Positions 36,942 to 49,100 of a stretch of DNA of 64,000 nucleotides are shown piece by piece. Source of the stretch: Takakia lepidozioides (Eukaryota; Plantae; Bryophyta). The stretch's first letter is position 1. Each line of letters begins with the position of its first letter. The DNA is taken from contig JAKLZA010000009.1 in NCBI GenBank assembly GCA_030704615.1, forward strand, positions 1 to 64,000, in the 5' to 3' direction. A program made the position numbers and the translations under genes. The notes below the pieces were generated by a model that did not search any database, was not told where the DNA came from, and saw nothing but the letters and a program-made list of their open reading frames with translations.

Positions 36942-39900
36942 ATGGCGGAAAACCCGAGCGCTACAGTGTACTGCCCTCCTCACGAGCATAGAGCTTCATT
37001 TCCGTGCAGAGGGGACATCTGCCGGGTGATGGAGAAATATCTGTGCGTTCGATACCACCTGAAACCGGGGTCGGTTTTTCTGGAGGAGGAAAGGAAGGAC
37101 TCAAACGGCGTTGTTGTCGAGAGTATTGTTGTGCTCCACGATGATTTCGGCGATGGCAGGGAATGGCGAGTTCCACCATCGGACAACGTCGTATACAGGG
37201 CTGTTGGGGACTTCATTTGCCCGCCAAATGCACCTTCTATTCTGGCGCCTTCCACGAAACAATCCGCGAATCAGAGAGTGGCTACCTCAAAGAGAGAAGT
37301 ATCCAAACCCATCCATGAAGACGAGTGAGAACCGGGTTGTTCACAACCTGTCCGACTCAGACGAGGTCATGGAAGTTCCGAGGTTGTCTTGGAGATTAGG
37401 CAAGTCCTCAATGGACGTTAGTGGACGAGGGAGTCATATTCCCAGCACGAGCACTGCAGTTCGATCTATTCTTGAAATTCTGCGAGGGCTTCACATGGAG
37501 GGACACCGCTTGGAGCTGGCCGGGCTGGACTACAGCAAGTTTGCAATTAAATCGGTTACATGCCTTCCCGCAGACGTCGATGGTAATATCTTCTTTAAGT
37601 TCCCTCCTCGGACGGACTACTCGAGGGCGTCCGGAATGTTGACAGATATGGATAGAAAACATGATGGTCATCCTTGGTGCGTCACCAAAACCACCAGCAT
37701 GAAGATGCTCGATGGTGTGCGGGTGCGCTACGTTGTTTGTGCGGGTGCGTTGCGGTGTTTCTCCCCAACTTGCTTCCATTTTAAATCCAGAGGTCACAGG
37801 AACGAGACCGATTGGACAAGCACAGCTCATCAACCATTTCGAGCTTCCGAACTCCACATTTAAGTGTGCGCATTGCAAAGAACACCACATTGCATGTCTG
37901 TTTGTAATGCCAAGCAGTTCTATGTGTTGCACCGTTTCCCTGACCTCACCCGAGCTTGCATACACATTGGTTCCCATTGTCACAAATTGGCGAGGGGGAA
38001 CTCGCGGGAGGCTGCCCACGAAGCAGAGCAGCTCGTTCAGGAGGAGGTTAAGTTGAGACCGGGTGCCAAACCCAAACAGATACAGCTCCAAGCCGCCCAT
38101 AAGATGGCCTTGGCCAGAATTATGTCGGAAGACGGCTCCGATAGAGTTCATCTCGATGAGAAGGAAATGGAGGCATTGCTGGAGTCGGTGTCCCACGTAT
38201 GTTCACCGAATGTCCGAAACCACATTGTCTCATGCAAACAGAAAATTGGGCGTGGCTTGGATATGCACTCCATTCTGGAGGTGAAGCGACGATGTGGATA
38301 TGACTACATTCATGGAAGTAGGTTTCCAGGACAAGGGACTGAGGCAGATCGTTGTTTCATATTCAAAATGTCCACGTGTGGACCTGGCAGCGGTGTCGAA
38401 CTGGTCCGACAGGATGACGAGTGGGGACTTGTCAAACAGTTGGGTCATGTTCGACCATATCAAGCGAATTACAAATCACCAGTGGGTGACAATAGGTGCA
38501 CATGTCTACGACACCCACTGCAGGATGCTAATGACAATTGCTATTTGTGAGATGAAAGGAGAGGACACACAATCGGAGATGCTTCTTTGGCAGGGAATAA
38601 ACGAACAGATGGCCAAGGCGGGATTGCCCCTTCCCAATTTCCGTGGTTTCATGGCGGACAACACACAAGCAAATTGGGCTGCCATCCGAAGGGTGTACGG
38701 GCAAGACCCCAATGTTCCCATGGAAGGCAAGGAGAGATCTTGTGGGTTCCATTTTCTGCAGAGCCTTTCGCAGTACACAACCAGGCTCGTGGCGCCAGAT
38801 TTCAGAGAGGAGCACCGTTCCATGTGTCTTGCGTGGAAGTGCGCTCCCACCTTGGATGATGCAGAGACACAATTTGCATGTATACGGGCTTGGTGGACAT
38901 TGTCAGGTGCTGTAAGGAAATCAGACGAGGGAGCAATGGTCAGTTGGCTAGCATGGTGACATTATTGTTTCCTCCAGTTTGGCGACTATATGCGGGAGGT
39001 GAGTTGCACGAATTCGCGTCCCGTTGAATATTATTCTTGGCATTATTTGTAACTTGCTTGTAACCTCAACATGTGCTTGTGCAGGAAATGTGTCTCGACT
39101 CCGACACCGACATGCCCACGACAAACATGGCCGAATCAGTGCATTCTTCCTGGCGTGCCTCCTCTGCGGCGCATCTGGTGGACATCCTCACTGCCACAAC
39201 GGAGGACATTGTGAGGTTAATTATGCAGCAATGCAGGTACAACGAGTTCTTGAAAGGGAAACAGTGGGGCTTGGGGCCGGACAGGCAGGAAATGCTGATG
39301 CGGACTCCAGATCGAAGAATCCTCGGAAGTGGGCGGCGGCCTTGCGAGAGGGCCTTCGGGACACGCCATTGCTTCGAAGAGGCCAACATTTGGAAGGAGA
39401 TGTTCATACCCGTCCAGTGAGACGAAGACTTGACGAGGCACCTGGCGGGGAAGAGGATTCATGGCGAGCTGACAAGAATATTCGCACGCTCCCTCGTGGT
39501 CCCGTGATGTTGCCCGAGGAGGTCTCGTCGAGCACCGCAAGTCCTGCACGTTCAAGATCGCCATCTCATTTGAGCATAGGGCACGTGCCCGAGGAACATA
39601 ACGAGCCATCTGTAGTAACGCAGTACAACATACCCATTGTGGAGACAAGAGTGTCGGAGTCACAGTGGAGAATTGCAAAGACATTGCCGACATTTCGAGG
39701 GAAGTGCTGCGCCATTCGGGTAGATACGAGAGCACATTGTGGTGAGATGATTTGGAGGAACCCACACGGTGCTGTACCTGCACCTTGTTTCAGCGGCAGA
39801 TTTTTTACTCCCACATTTGCTCACGCCACAACGCAGACGTTTTGGTTCTGTAGGCACGACATAATGACCTATGTATTTGGCAAGCCCAAGTACGAGATTC

Positions 39901-40499
39901 AGGGAATGCCGGAGCCTCCGGGCGTCTGGCCTGTTGCACTGGGTTGCAGCCTCTCTCAGGATGAGGCGGATGCTCTATCTGCAGCAGGATTTCGAATGGT
40001 GCAACGCACAGACGTCCCGGCCCACGCATTTCCAGTTCCTCAGACCCAGCCATTGCAGACTGCTCGGTCCAGTAGAGACGGATTGGACAATTCTGCACAT
40101 CCCACAATACGATTCGGAAGAGTGAAGAGACGACACCCTCCCAACAAGTTGAATGAGACTCGGATTGCCAATGCTCTTGGGATGGCTTGCACTATTCAGA
40201 GCTCTGTGGACATACCTCCACCCGGCCTTGGGCGTGTTTATCGGATGGCAACGGCCGGCTCGGCTGTACGCGACGATGTATACACAATTACGATTGGAGT
40301 GGAGCCGACTTGCAATTGTAAGGACTTCTCGTTGATGGAAGCAAAAAAGGGTTCAAAGTATTGTCCGTGCAAGCATCTGTATTACATTTACCTGAAGAGG
40401 TTGAGGATGAACGTGACTATTGATGACTTTATTCATGCACCGGCGTTGAGCGTGAACGAACTGCACAATCTCCTCCTTAGGGATTCCAGAAATCATTGA
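36942..40499 (+). pseudogene. MULE-type DDE transposase B with C-terminal SWIM finger (frameshifted)
   Basis: WVMFDH, FMADNTQA, KERSCGFHF, PTTNMAESVH; intron 38999-39084; SWIM YTITIGVEPTCNCKDF...CPCKHLYYIY; N-terminal Cys/His-rich region. Confidence 0.88.
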
Positions 40500-40629
40500 T
40501 GGGGCAAAGGGAATCCTCCATATGGATATTTTCAATTGCATTTTCATGTATCAGACTTTTTTTTGCAGTGTAATGAAATGCACCCCAAAACTCCTGGAAT
40601 GAGGCAATATTCCATTCAAACTGAGATCC

Positions 40630-41284
40630 AACAGAAGCAGTTGTGGGGCCATTTCTGGAAAAATGGCGCCGAATTTCTCTATTTTGGGCCGAAAACTGGC
40701 TAAGTCCCAACATGCACTGGTACCCCTGTGTTTGGAAAAATGGCGCCGAATTTCCCTATTTTGGGCCGAAAACTGGCTAAGTCCGAACATGCTCGGGAAC
40801 GATGTCTGGAAAAATGGCGCCGAATTTCCAGTTACATGGCCCAGAACTGCCCAACATCTGTGCAATCCCCGGCACCATGTACCGAAATTCGGCGCCACAT
40901 TTCCAAATTTTGGGCTTACACACCTGTCATGAGGGGACCTATAGCCGCGGAATTCGGCACCATTTTTCGCCAGAGAGACCTATTACCGCGAAATACGTCG
41001 CGATTCTTTCCGGTTACGGACCCTATTACGGCGAAATTCGGCACCATTTTTGCACATGTCGCTGGGAATTGGCATGAGCGGAAGACGAAATATCATGAGC
41101 ACAACTCTCAAAACTACAATTTCCCCTTCAAGGTGTCGAATAATATATTTGTTTTTTCTGACACATTCCATTAAATTAATGTTTTATAATGTTTTTTATT
41201 TTCGAAATTTGTACTTTTGCTCATGAAAACCGATTGTCTTGCTACTCCGCTCATGCCGCTCATGCTCATGAAATAGCTAACCTC
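40630..41284 (-). repeat. Right TIR/subterminal region of element B, with B-type palindromes
   Basis: Ends ...GCTCATGAAATAGCTAACCTC at 41284; has about 300 bp more than the left TIR. Confidence 0.9.
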
Positions 41285-41743
41285 GTTGGCTAACAAGGAT
41301 GACCGTGTATGATATCCCAAAATTTGTCATCAAACTCTTGTTCATTTACATATATTTGTCTAAGACTGTGCGCCAAGATTTCTGGGATTCGCTGTTATTT
41401 TTAAATATTGAAACCGTTCTAATAAAGAACACGTCGTTTATTTTGGGCGACACACGTCAGACATCGATAACTGAATACGAACAGCTGTACACTAATTGTT
41501 GGCATGTGCACTAATAAGGGAACGACTATGTGTAACGGTCACGCGAGAGGGAATCTGATGCTTCTAGAGACAAGCAACAACGCACGCAATCCCGCAAGAA
41601 ATCGGGAGTCACTTCGTTTTTCTACTTTTCGCGCTTAGAGGGAGAGTGGTAGTCAAGCTGGAGAGGGTTCCTTCTACAATACGAAAGAGAAGAAAGTCTC
41701 TTTATTTTACTTCCCTAGAGAGAGACGCAGAGCAAGAGAAGAA

Positions 41744-44517
41744 ATGACGAGGCGTCGTTTGTTGGAGAACACAGGGCCAAGGCAACAGGTGAACGCGGAG
41801 ACTGATTCACAAGAGTAGACCGAGACTGAGGCAGCGGCTTTGACACAGTCGGCGATAACAGTGCGCGTTGGAAACCAGCCTGTGGATGCAGAGATGACTC
41901 GCAGGGAAACTAAAGGAGGTGGAAGTACGAGGAACGCTGAACCGAGAGAAGGTCCAGAAACCCTAGAGCAGACAGAAATTCCAGCAGATGTGAGAGGGAA
42001 GAGGAAAGCTGCAAAAGGGGTCCAATTTCAAAACCTAAGAAGGCGCCAGTAAGTTTTCTCTAACTTACATTTCATTGTTGAAGATCTGCGTAGAGATTGA
42101 GTGGAATGTCCCAGAAAGGGATTGTCGCTACCGACCATCACCACGAAACAACGGTGATTTGCTTTCTATTCCTCTGTTAAGGGTTTACCGCACAATGAGT
42201 GGGTGACTGACGGTACCGTCATTCACCGTTGTTCAGATCATACAGTCTGTCTGATTGCCTTTCAAGTAGTCCTTCCTCTTCCCTTCTTTAGCAGGAACAT
42301 GTGATTGAAGTCTATTGAATTGCGAGCGTCGTTAACGCCATTCGATTCTCCTCATGAGATTTATTTACCTATGTGTTTGAAGAGAGAGTGAGGGTCGGCA
42401 TATTCAGTCATAATGTATTGCAATGCATTTTCTTTGTATGAGGTTGAATAAATAGAGAAGTGGAAAGGCGGTACCGCCAATCAAAGATTTGAAGACCATA
42501 CTGTAGATTCAGGTAGAATATCGATTGGAAAGTACTCTCGACATAGACAGGAAACCGTGAATGCTTGCGACGGTAATCACAATGGAGTCAATCTGAATAA
42601 TCTGCACTTACTGTCCGCCCTAAACTATACTGAATGTCGTTGCCACCAATCACTTACACATATATGTCATTACACAACACCGATCCGACAGGTCCTTATC
42701 TTTTGTGATTGTCGTTAACGCCGTTCGCTATCGCTCTCGCTTTTGTTTTGAATTCGGCAAGATCAGCTTTGCTTGTGTAGATGGTTCTGAATTTGTTTCA
42801 CACCATTCATAGTGAGTTTCTTCGAGACAAAGTGATGGTCGTTACCGCCGTTCACTATTTGCAAATTACTCAGTCAGATTTGAATGGCATCGTGCAGAAA
42901 ACTGTGAGGTCCAAGCCTACAGGATCAGAGGGGAAAGGATCTGGAGATGGGGACGAGTCTGGAAAAAGCTCAGAGAATACAGATGAAGCAGATGAATCTG
43001 AAGTGCACTACCTTGACAAGGTGAAAGAACTCATGTCATTCCAGAAGGTAAACTCTCGGGAGGTTATAAGGGACATGCTCGTATCTGGAGGGCGTCTGGA
43101 CATCCCTCTGTGCCGGATGATATCTATGCCTGTTGTCCGTCCACCTCTTTCCCATGACATAACAAAATTGGAGAGTGATTTTGTGCATGGATACAGACTT
43201 GGTGCACAAGTTTTTTATGTGTCACTGACGGATATAAATGGGAAAAGCACATTAGTGTCTCCAGAGATCAGTGATAACTAGGATGAGTGCTGGAAAGAAG
43301 CCAATGAGGAGTTCGAGCTGGGCCTCATGATGGGAAAGAACACCCAGCAATTCTGCAACCACATGTTCTACGTCTGGGACGGCAACCACCGATTGCTGGC
43401 ATGGATGGGATACATCCAGAAACACCATGCGAAAGACAAAGACAAGCATGTTGTTGTGGAGGCAATGGTTTTGGATCCAAGAAACAACATCGCTAGGCTT
43501 CTTACAGCTATGCACGACGTGAACAAGTAAGTCATCCTAGAGATTTCATTCCCTCTATAGTGTCTTGTTAATCCCAAAAAAAACAGTGTTAAGGAATGCA
43601 ATGTTTCCAATGTTTTTGCAGATCGACAGAGAAATCGCATGTGACAACAAGCTTGGTCCACACACTATTCCGAATTCAGAGGATTGGTCTGATGAAGCTG
43701 GATGATTTTCGGACAGTACTCCCCCCCAATATAATCAACAAGTGCGAAACAGGAAGAGCTGCAGGCACTTGGTATTCTTTGACTCGAGAGGCCTTTCTGG
43801 AGTACATATATGCGGTAAGCCCGAGTCTGTACTCAGTTTACTTTTCGAATACATGTTTGTAGTCCCTTCGGTGTTAATCACTATTTGAATCAATGCAGCT
43901 AGAACTGGCAGAGGCAGCTGAGAAGGGAAAATCCGAATATTACCGCACTACACCAGAGGAACTAAGGACATCAAAGGGTGTGGAAGCAGCAATAAAAAAG
44001 GAGTTTGAAATGCGAAGAACCAAATTGATGTCTGCCTTCGAAAAGCAGCTTAGATCCTGGACTTGGTTCTGAGTTCCTTCAGCAGATCAAATCTCACTAA
44101 GACAAGCATGTGCATCCGGAGATGCAGCAGGAGAAATTGCACCGGCTAGCCGTATCCATGGTCGACCCACAAACAAAAATAAGGTGGCTGGAGATATGGA
44201 ACTCAGATTAGACAATAAAGGACTTGAATCAGTTCCCAAAAAGCACCATACAGCCTGGCACAAAGGTGGAAGGAATCAGTGATTTGGTGTTTGATAACTA
44301 GCTCTACAAGGCTACATTTTGGAGTCAGGTGTGTATTCAAATAAGCCGTTTTCTTTTCTTCAATTATGTGATGAGTATCTTATTTGCAATACTGACAAAT
44401 ATACAATTTGCAGCTCGAAAAGCGCGTCGTCATTGTGCTGGATCAGACTTTGAAGGACTTGAACATTTCGATTGTTTCCCCTCCCCAAATGTCATTGGAG
44501 GCATACATAAGGAAGTG
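41744..44517 (+). pseudogene. 5' half of divergent gene D/E (ParB-like exons)
   Basis: LDIPLCRMISMPVVRP...HMFYVWDGNHRLLAW (~43095-43405); introns at positions matching gene A; last exon ...MSLEAYIRK(W) is cut at a TIR and continues in frame at 31870 on the minus strand. Exon 1 (41744-42048) is tentative. Confidence 0.82.
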
Positions 44518-44613
44518 GGGGGCTGCTATTTCATGAGCGGCATGAGCATGAGCGGAAAAAAAAAAAACATGAGCAGACCATTGTGAGTCTACGGAAATAG
44601 GGTTAGGAGGCAC
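44518..44613 (+). repeat. Isolated ~95-bp transposon terminus (GGGGGCTGCTATTTCATGAGCGGCATGAGC...)
   Basis: Near-identical direct copy at 45907-46002; related to the B TIR. Confidence 0.85.
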
Positions 44614-44616
44614 AGA

Positions 44617-45906
44617 CTTTGCCATTGGCAGCCAAATGCGCATGATTTGATAGTAATGTGCCAACGACTGTGGAGGACTAAATTCCTTCCAAGCCAAATC
44701 CAAGACAATGGGAATTTGGTTGAAGGGCATAATCATAGCCCGACCTCCCGTGCAGCAGGAGTTCTAGGTGGGTTAAAAGCAGCATTCCCCCATACCTCAG
44801 GCTGTGGTGGCTGTGGTGTGGCTGTAGTAACAACAGGGTCAGCTACTGGCACAGTGACTTGTTGTGGTGTTGGTGGCACTGGCTCTTGTATCATTGGCAT
44901 CTCTTGCACCCCCTGCGAAGAAGACTGAAAAGCCAAAGTTCTCGCTTGTAAATAAGAAGCCATCAGTTGCTCCTCAGGTACAAAGACTATCTTGTCAATA
45001 TTTGATGTCAGGTCCTCTACCTGAGTCTGCAGGCCGTCTACATTCTCTTGTAGCTCCGCTATTCTACTATAGACATTGTCTATAGACATTGTCTATAGTA
45101 GTTGTGGCAATGTTCTGCACTTGCAGTCTGAGCTCATTCATCTCACTTTGGGTGAGCTTTCGTGGTGCTTTGCCTTCCACCGGTCCTTGTGCTAACCAGA
45201 CCTGCATAAGGTGGTTATCCACCAAGTTGCTTGTGGCACCCCTGAGAGTCTGCTCCTCCTTGAGCCTGTACACATCTATCTGCTGCTGTAAAGCCTCCAT
45301 GCGCTTCGCATGAGGTTCAACCAAACTCGCATATGCAGCAGCCAGATTATTGGCTTCCTTCCAAGCCTTGTTAGCCACAGAGAGTTCATTTCTATTGGAC
45401 ATGAGCGTTTGTTGCAATTCCAGGATGTACCTCTCTTGGTTAGCTTCAACCTGCCTGTATTGCTTGAAAGTATTCTCATTGCGAAAGATTGTATTTTTCA
45501 TATCGACAATGAGTTTCGTTTGCTCGACATTCTCTACCTCTGCCTTCGTACATCTTTCCGCTTGACTGTTAATTTCTATTGTAGCTTGGTCAAGCGTAGT
45601 TGTGAGTGTAGCACATTGTATGGCCATCTTGTCATGCACTGTCTGCAACTCCGTATGTAGTGCATTCACTTCTTGCAACTTGCTTTCATGCTTTACCTGC
45701 ATTTGGTATAGCTGTTGCTTATGTGCTTCGTGCAACTGGTCTTGCGCGAGGCCTGCCTCAATCAATTGTTCCTTGGCCAATTGTAAAGCAGCTTTTGTAC
45801 TCTCTAAGTCTTATTGTTTCTTGAGAGTGACCTCTTCATCGACCTTGTTTGCACACTCAGTGGCAAGTCGAGCCTCAAACTCCTTTCTGAGTTCCTCCCT
45901 CAAAGC
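44617..45906 (-). mobile_element. Fragment of the 3' extra ORF of a related Gypsy subfamily
   Basis: Translation (AKEQLIEAGLAQDQLHEAHKQQ...GPVEGKAPRKLTQSEMNELRLQVQNIAT) matches ~21075-22345. Confidence 0.92.
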
Positions 45907-46135
45907 GGGGGCTGCTATTTCATGAGCGGCATGAGCATGAGCGGAAAAAAAAAAAGCATGAGCAGACCATTGTGAGTCCACGGAAATAGGGTTAGGAGGC
46001 ACGGAAATAGGGTCAAGTGAAGTTGGAATGTGGCACCAGTGGACTTGAAATGCAACATTTTATTGCAAATTTTGTGGCAAGCCACGTCTATACAAGTGTG
46101 TTCTAACTGTCATAGCCGGAATGGGCACTACTCTC

Positions 46136-49100
46136 CTACACCCTCCGAGGAACTTGCCCCACCTTCTTCCTCATGCCCCTCATCCCCCTCGTCCTCCGAG
46201 CTCTATGATGCATCAGTTCCACTATGCCTCTCAAAAATCCCGTCCTCTCCTTGGGGGACTATCCACCTCACCTCCTGGGAATCTTCTGCGTCTTCTCCCC
46301 CACTTTCCTTAGCAGAATCCAAGACAAATCTACGAGCCCGACGGGCTCTAATAGCTGTTGCCTCCTCCCTCATCTTCATTTTCTTGAGGCTTGCCTCGTC
46401 TAAAATCTGCTGTACACGACTACGTTCGGAACACCTCCTAATGGACACCGAAGCAAGCCGGTTAGCATAAGTAGGAAGGATGTACTCCCTTTCTGGACTA
46501 GGCATGAAATCCCCCCTGGCAAAAAAAGGCACGTTCCTCCTGCCCATGAACTCCGGTGTAGACGTCCCTCCGGCAGTACTTGGCATCCTACAGTAAGAAC
46601 AAATCCACTTCAAGAATGTCAATACCAGCACAACCACAAAGGGTTTTCAATGAAATAAGAGAGCGGAGGGAGGTGCCTCACAAAATCTGGAGGGAGGTGC
46701 CTTACAATGCCACCACTCACTCGTAAACCAGGGGCTCCTCGGCCTCGATCCCAACTTCCTCCCCCTGCTCCTTCTCGGATTTTTCCTCATCCTCCGAGGA
46801 TGCCTCTTCCTCTTTCGGCAGTCGTTCAGCCGCTGCAAGTTCGGAGTTGTGGAGGGCAGTATCTGGCTCGAAGGCGAACACATGCCTGTCGGACAACGTC
46901 CCTGCCCACATTGAAGCACCTGAGGAACAAAGCGGGCGGTTAATAGCTTGCGGCATGCAATTGCAATCGGGCCAGGGGACAAACTGAGCACGTGAAGGCT
47001 TACCCGTGCCGCATGTGAGGTCCAGAATCCGCCCTTGGACATCCGAGCACGTCTCCATGAGGGTTTGGATGAAAGCAGGGCTCCGGGTCCGGCTGTACCG
47101 CCACGGTTTGCCTGTCTTTGTGTCCTTCGGCATACTAGAGTGGGGCACATAGTTGTAGAGGACATCGTAGGTTACAGGGTCCACAGCGGCATCAACAAGA
47201 CGACCGTCGTTGCGGAATTTGAACGTAGACCCTCTCTTCACAAAGCAATATGCCTCAAACACCAATGTCTGCACATCCAACAAAGAAGGGATCAACTCCA
47301 GGGTCTACTTAACATACACCACAATATGAAGTGAATGCAATAGATTGATAACTTACACTTTGGCCCTCTGTTCGCAACCGCTGCATACTGATGCAGAACC
47401 ATTTTCTGAGGAGGACCGGGGTGACACTTTTCGGTGTCCACCTTGCCACCGCATTCTCTGTTGTCTTCCCTCTCGTGGCAAGGACAACCACACATCCACC
47501 GTCATCCAGAAGCATCCCCGCCAGCCCAAACCCGGCTTTCCAGTAGTCCTCAGTAAACCTGTTCCAGGTGGGCACACCATGCAGGCCCTCCAGCAGCTCC
47601 CCATCTGGAATGTCGAGGAGAATCATGTTGCAAGCTCTCTCCACCTCAACCCCCCCCCGAGTGCTCTTGCAATTCGTGCCGTGAAGAATTCCATCATGGC
47701 TTCAAAACCAGGGGTGTCTTTAGGCTCTGTACCGCCAGCCCTCTTCTTGGCTTTCCCCTTCTGCTCCGCCAGAGACTTGTTGTGTGCCACCTTCTTCGCC
47801 CTGGCAGCGAGAGCGTCAAGGAAGCTCTCATTGACGCATTGGATGATGGTTGGAGGTTCTAGCTTTGGCCTGTGCGTAAACGTCACCGCCGAATACCGCC
47901 GTGTAGGCTCGCCCTGAAATGCCAACTTCTTGGCAGAGCCAGTCCCACTCCGAACTGACTTGGGAACCCGGACGACCGGTGACTGGGTAGGAGCAACAGA
48001 AGTCGCAGGACCTTGAACAAAGTCGTCGTCCGAGTCACTCTCTTGGGTCCCCTCCTGCGCCTCCTCTGATGCCCTGATGGTTTTCTTCTTTTTGGGTGTT
48101 ACTGCACTCACATGTTTCCTTGTCCTTTTCCTTTGGCCTTTACTCTTCTCATGCAATTTCTCCTGAATTCCTGCCTGAGCAAGCTCTGCCGCTTTCCTGG
48201 AATTCGCAAGCGCTTTTGCCTCTTTTGCACCCAACAGAGGCAGCGGAGCCCGGTTTCGTCGGAATTCAGCATCCAGCTTCAATTGAAACTCGGATGGGTC
48301 GAGCGAGCCGGGCGGAAGGTCCACATACCAAGGGCAATCACGCAAATGTTCCAGATGCCACTCCTTCACAATATCGTCAGTGTACATGGAGTCAGCCCCA
48401 GGGTTCCTCCATGCCAGGAAGAATGGTGGCTCGAAAGACAGATGACCTTTCTCCAAAAGGGAGAACTTGCAGTACCTGCATTCATGAAAAACACAATGAG
48501 GTCCCTGAAATGCATATTCCGCACCATTTTCCCAGGTTGGGGCGGATGTGAGTGGGCCTAGAAATGGAAAAATGGCGCCGAATTTCGGTTTTCGGTGACT
48601 GCCACCCTAGGGAGTTAGCCATCTTGGGAGCCCTGAACTGGAAATTCGGCGCCATTTTTCCCGGTTTGGCCCGAAGATGGCTAAGTCCCAGAACCGCAAT
48701 AGGGCCTAGAACTGGAAAAATGTCTAGGGACTTAGCCATTTTTGGAGCCCTGACTGGAAATTCCGCGCCATTTTCCCTAACACCACATGAGGCCTCTAAC
48801 ATCCTGAAATGCAAGGACTTGAAAGAAAGACAACGCATATGTACCTGTACAGAAGGCGCATTGCTGCTTTGTCCGCGTTCGGCTGGTCGGTGAACTTGTG
48901 GCTCCGGCGAGCATCTGTTATCTCCCGAAAGAATAGGTTGGTTTTGTAGAGCAGAAAGTACCTCGTCACATAGTCACGTAGGCTCTCTGCTGCAGGAGAT
49001 ATCTCCATCTTGAACTGATGTGCTTGTGTGTCCAGCTGCTCTTACGCATTCGTCGTCACCTGTGGAGATTCTCCATCAGATCGCTTTCCTCAAAAAATAC

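Larger units (their letters stand above)
31871..41284 (+). mobile_element. Element B: 9.4-kb MULE-like transposon with long TIRs, a truncated ParB gene and a decayed transposase
   Basis: Inverted repeats 31871-~32050 vs ~41115-41284, continuing as ~32075-32255 vs ~40630-40795. No direct TSD on its own flanks (see findings). Confidence 0.92.

Noticed and set aside
45978-46013. Telomere-like TAGGGTTAGG within the C terminus
   Set aside because: Fewer than two repeat units; compatible with chance.
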